A stretch of 63,309 bases of DNA, counting the filler, from Octopus bimaculoides (taxonomy: Eukaryota), in NCBI RefSeq assembly GCF_001194135.2. It is 5 parts of 5 records of this genome, joined end to end, with 100 filler letters (N's around TTAATTAATTAA, not from the genome) between each part and the next. Parts side by side here need not be neighbours in the genome. Positions count along the whole stretch, not along the records: positions 49,453 to 63,309 come from NC_068982.1; 4 more parts are not named here. One strand, 5' to 3'. The notes below the pieces were generated by a model. The model searched no databases. It worked only from the letters and a program-made list of their open reading frames with translations, and was not told the DNA's origin. How positions within the stretch are numbered: the stretch's first letter is position 1; each line of letters opens with the position of its first letter. Both the position numbers and the translations under genes were made by a program. Shown piece after piece: positions 61,898-63,309 of the stretch.

Positions 61898-62905
61898 TTA
61901 TAAATCTAATATTCTCCTATCCTTCCTTAATACCAGTTCCCGTATGCTGTTCATATCTGCACTCGGTCTGCTTAGAAGGTTCTTGTGTCCTACCATATGT
62001 GCTGCTTCTTTTAGTTTTTGTATTTTCCAGTGGTGTTCTCTGTCTATTATTTTAGCTTCATTCCACAGGGGGAAGTGGTCTCCATTTTTCCATACATGAT
62101 CAGCTATGCCCGATTTATCAATATCTCCCCATGTCACAGCTTTGCGATATTCCTTTACCCTTATTTTGAGGGGGCGACATGTTTTGCCTTTGTATAACCT
62201 ACCACAGCTGCATAGGATGAAGTACACGCAGTTCTCAGTCATATTCTCTTCTATTGGTGGTTTTACTCGAAGGAGATATTTGCGAAGTGTTGTATTACTC
62301 TTGAATACTGTCCTGATGTCATATGGGCCGCATATCTTTTGTATCTTTTTGGAGAGGCCTTTAAGATAGAGTAGACAGACTGTGGACAGTTTATTGGTTT
62401 CATCCTCTCATTTCTTCCTAATTGGAGTGGAGAGTATGCTTTTGGGATAGTTGTTGCTTAATAGATTGTTACTGAGCTTGATCATTTTTTCATGGTAGGT
62501 ATTATGATCGCTACTTATATTCTTTGCATGATGTTTTAGGCACTGAGCAATCCTACTCTTTACACTGTATGGATGGTGGGAGTTGAAGTTGAAATATCGT
62601 CCAGTGAAGGTTGGCTTACGGTATACGGATGTCCTGAATCCATACTTGGTGCATGTTATTAATACGTCCAGGAATGCTAGCTGAGTGTCTTTTTCTTTTT
62701 CCATTGTGAACTGTATGGATGGCTTTATTGAGTTCACATGATCTAACAGCACTTGGACATCTTCCTGGTGGGGCCAGAGCACGAAGGTGTCATCAGCATA
62801 TCGCAGCCATAGGGTTGGTTTTATTGGTGTTGATCCTAAAGCCAAATTCTCTTGAATCATCGATAGTGCTTTACAAGTTGGGACTTTGGTGAACAGACTT
62901 ACCAC
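61898..62905 (-). mobile_element. Penelope-like retroelement (RT plus GIY-YIG endonuclease), 5'-truncated and frameshifted
   Basis: VSLDVVSLFTKVP...WLRYADDTF...FTMEKE...LAFLDVLI...YRKPTFTGRYFNFNSHHP; then VYFILCSCGRLYKGKTCRPLKIRVKEY...SGIADHVW...REHHWKIQKLKEA. Confidence 0.93.
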
Positions 62906-63259
62906 ATCTAGACTCACCATTTGGTTGGATTCAATGGGGGGTATCCTTGATCAATTCTGTGATCAAGGACACTTGGGAAAAAAAAAAATAAGAGTTGGCA
63001 ACAAGAATAAGCATAATTATCATCATCATCTTTTTAAGATCCACTTTTCTATGGGTTGGATGAAGTTTATTGAAACAGATTTACTTGTCAGATGTCTTTC
63101 CTGTTACCAGCCCTCGCCTGTTTCCAAGCAAGGTAATATTTTCACATTGGAAATTAATGTCACTGCTAATAAGTCAGTGATACTTATTTTAGAATTATCA
63201 TGCGATGTCAAGGCAAGGAGACACAAACATATACACTAACACACACACACATACTTAAA

Positions 63260-63309
<50 letters not shown>

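Noticed and set aside
1-63309. CRISPR arrays, rRNA or prokaryotic operons
   Set aside because: No regularly spaced repeat-spacer arrays, rRNA-like sequence or dense ORFs; the DNA is eukaryotic and repeat-dominated.

Overview
AT-rich animal genomic DNA, very rich in microsatellites. The SINE and LINE repertoire looks like an octopus (coleoid cephalopod) assembly; this is recognised from memory and not database-checked. About 7.5 kb (~12%) is N. Four 100-bp 44N-TTAATTAATTAA-44N linkers show that the window is five separately assembled pieces, so long-range colinearity is not guaranteed. Most ORF-track entries are microsatellite or N artefacts. The only host exon I can identify confidently is coding exon 1 of a FUBP/KHSRP/Psi-family gene on the minus strand (53885-53935, MEPTQSAFADAVARARQ plus a GT donor); its KH exons are not in view. 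The rest is decayed transposable elements: tRNA-derived SINEs, R4/Dong-like RLE LINE fragments, CR1/Jockey-group and RTE fragments, mariner/Tc1/pogo/hAT remnants, foldback elements and one Penelope element. The most interesting signal is a set of five minimal type-I hammerhead-ribozyme-like motifs with unrelated helix sequences but a shared architecture (core, stem II, GAAA-NN-UU with a 4-nt palindromic stem III). They include a U3-A8 compensatory core variant, head-to-head inverted pairs, and one copy behind a tRNA-like Pol III head at a Penelope 3' end.
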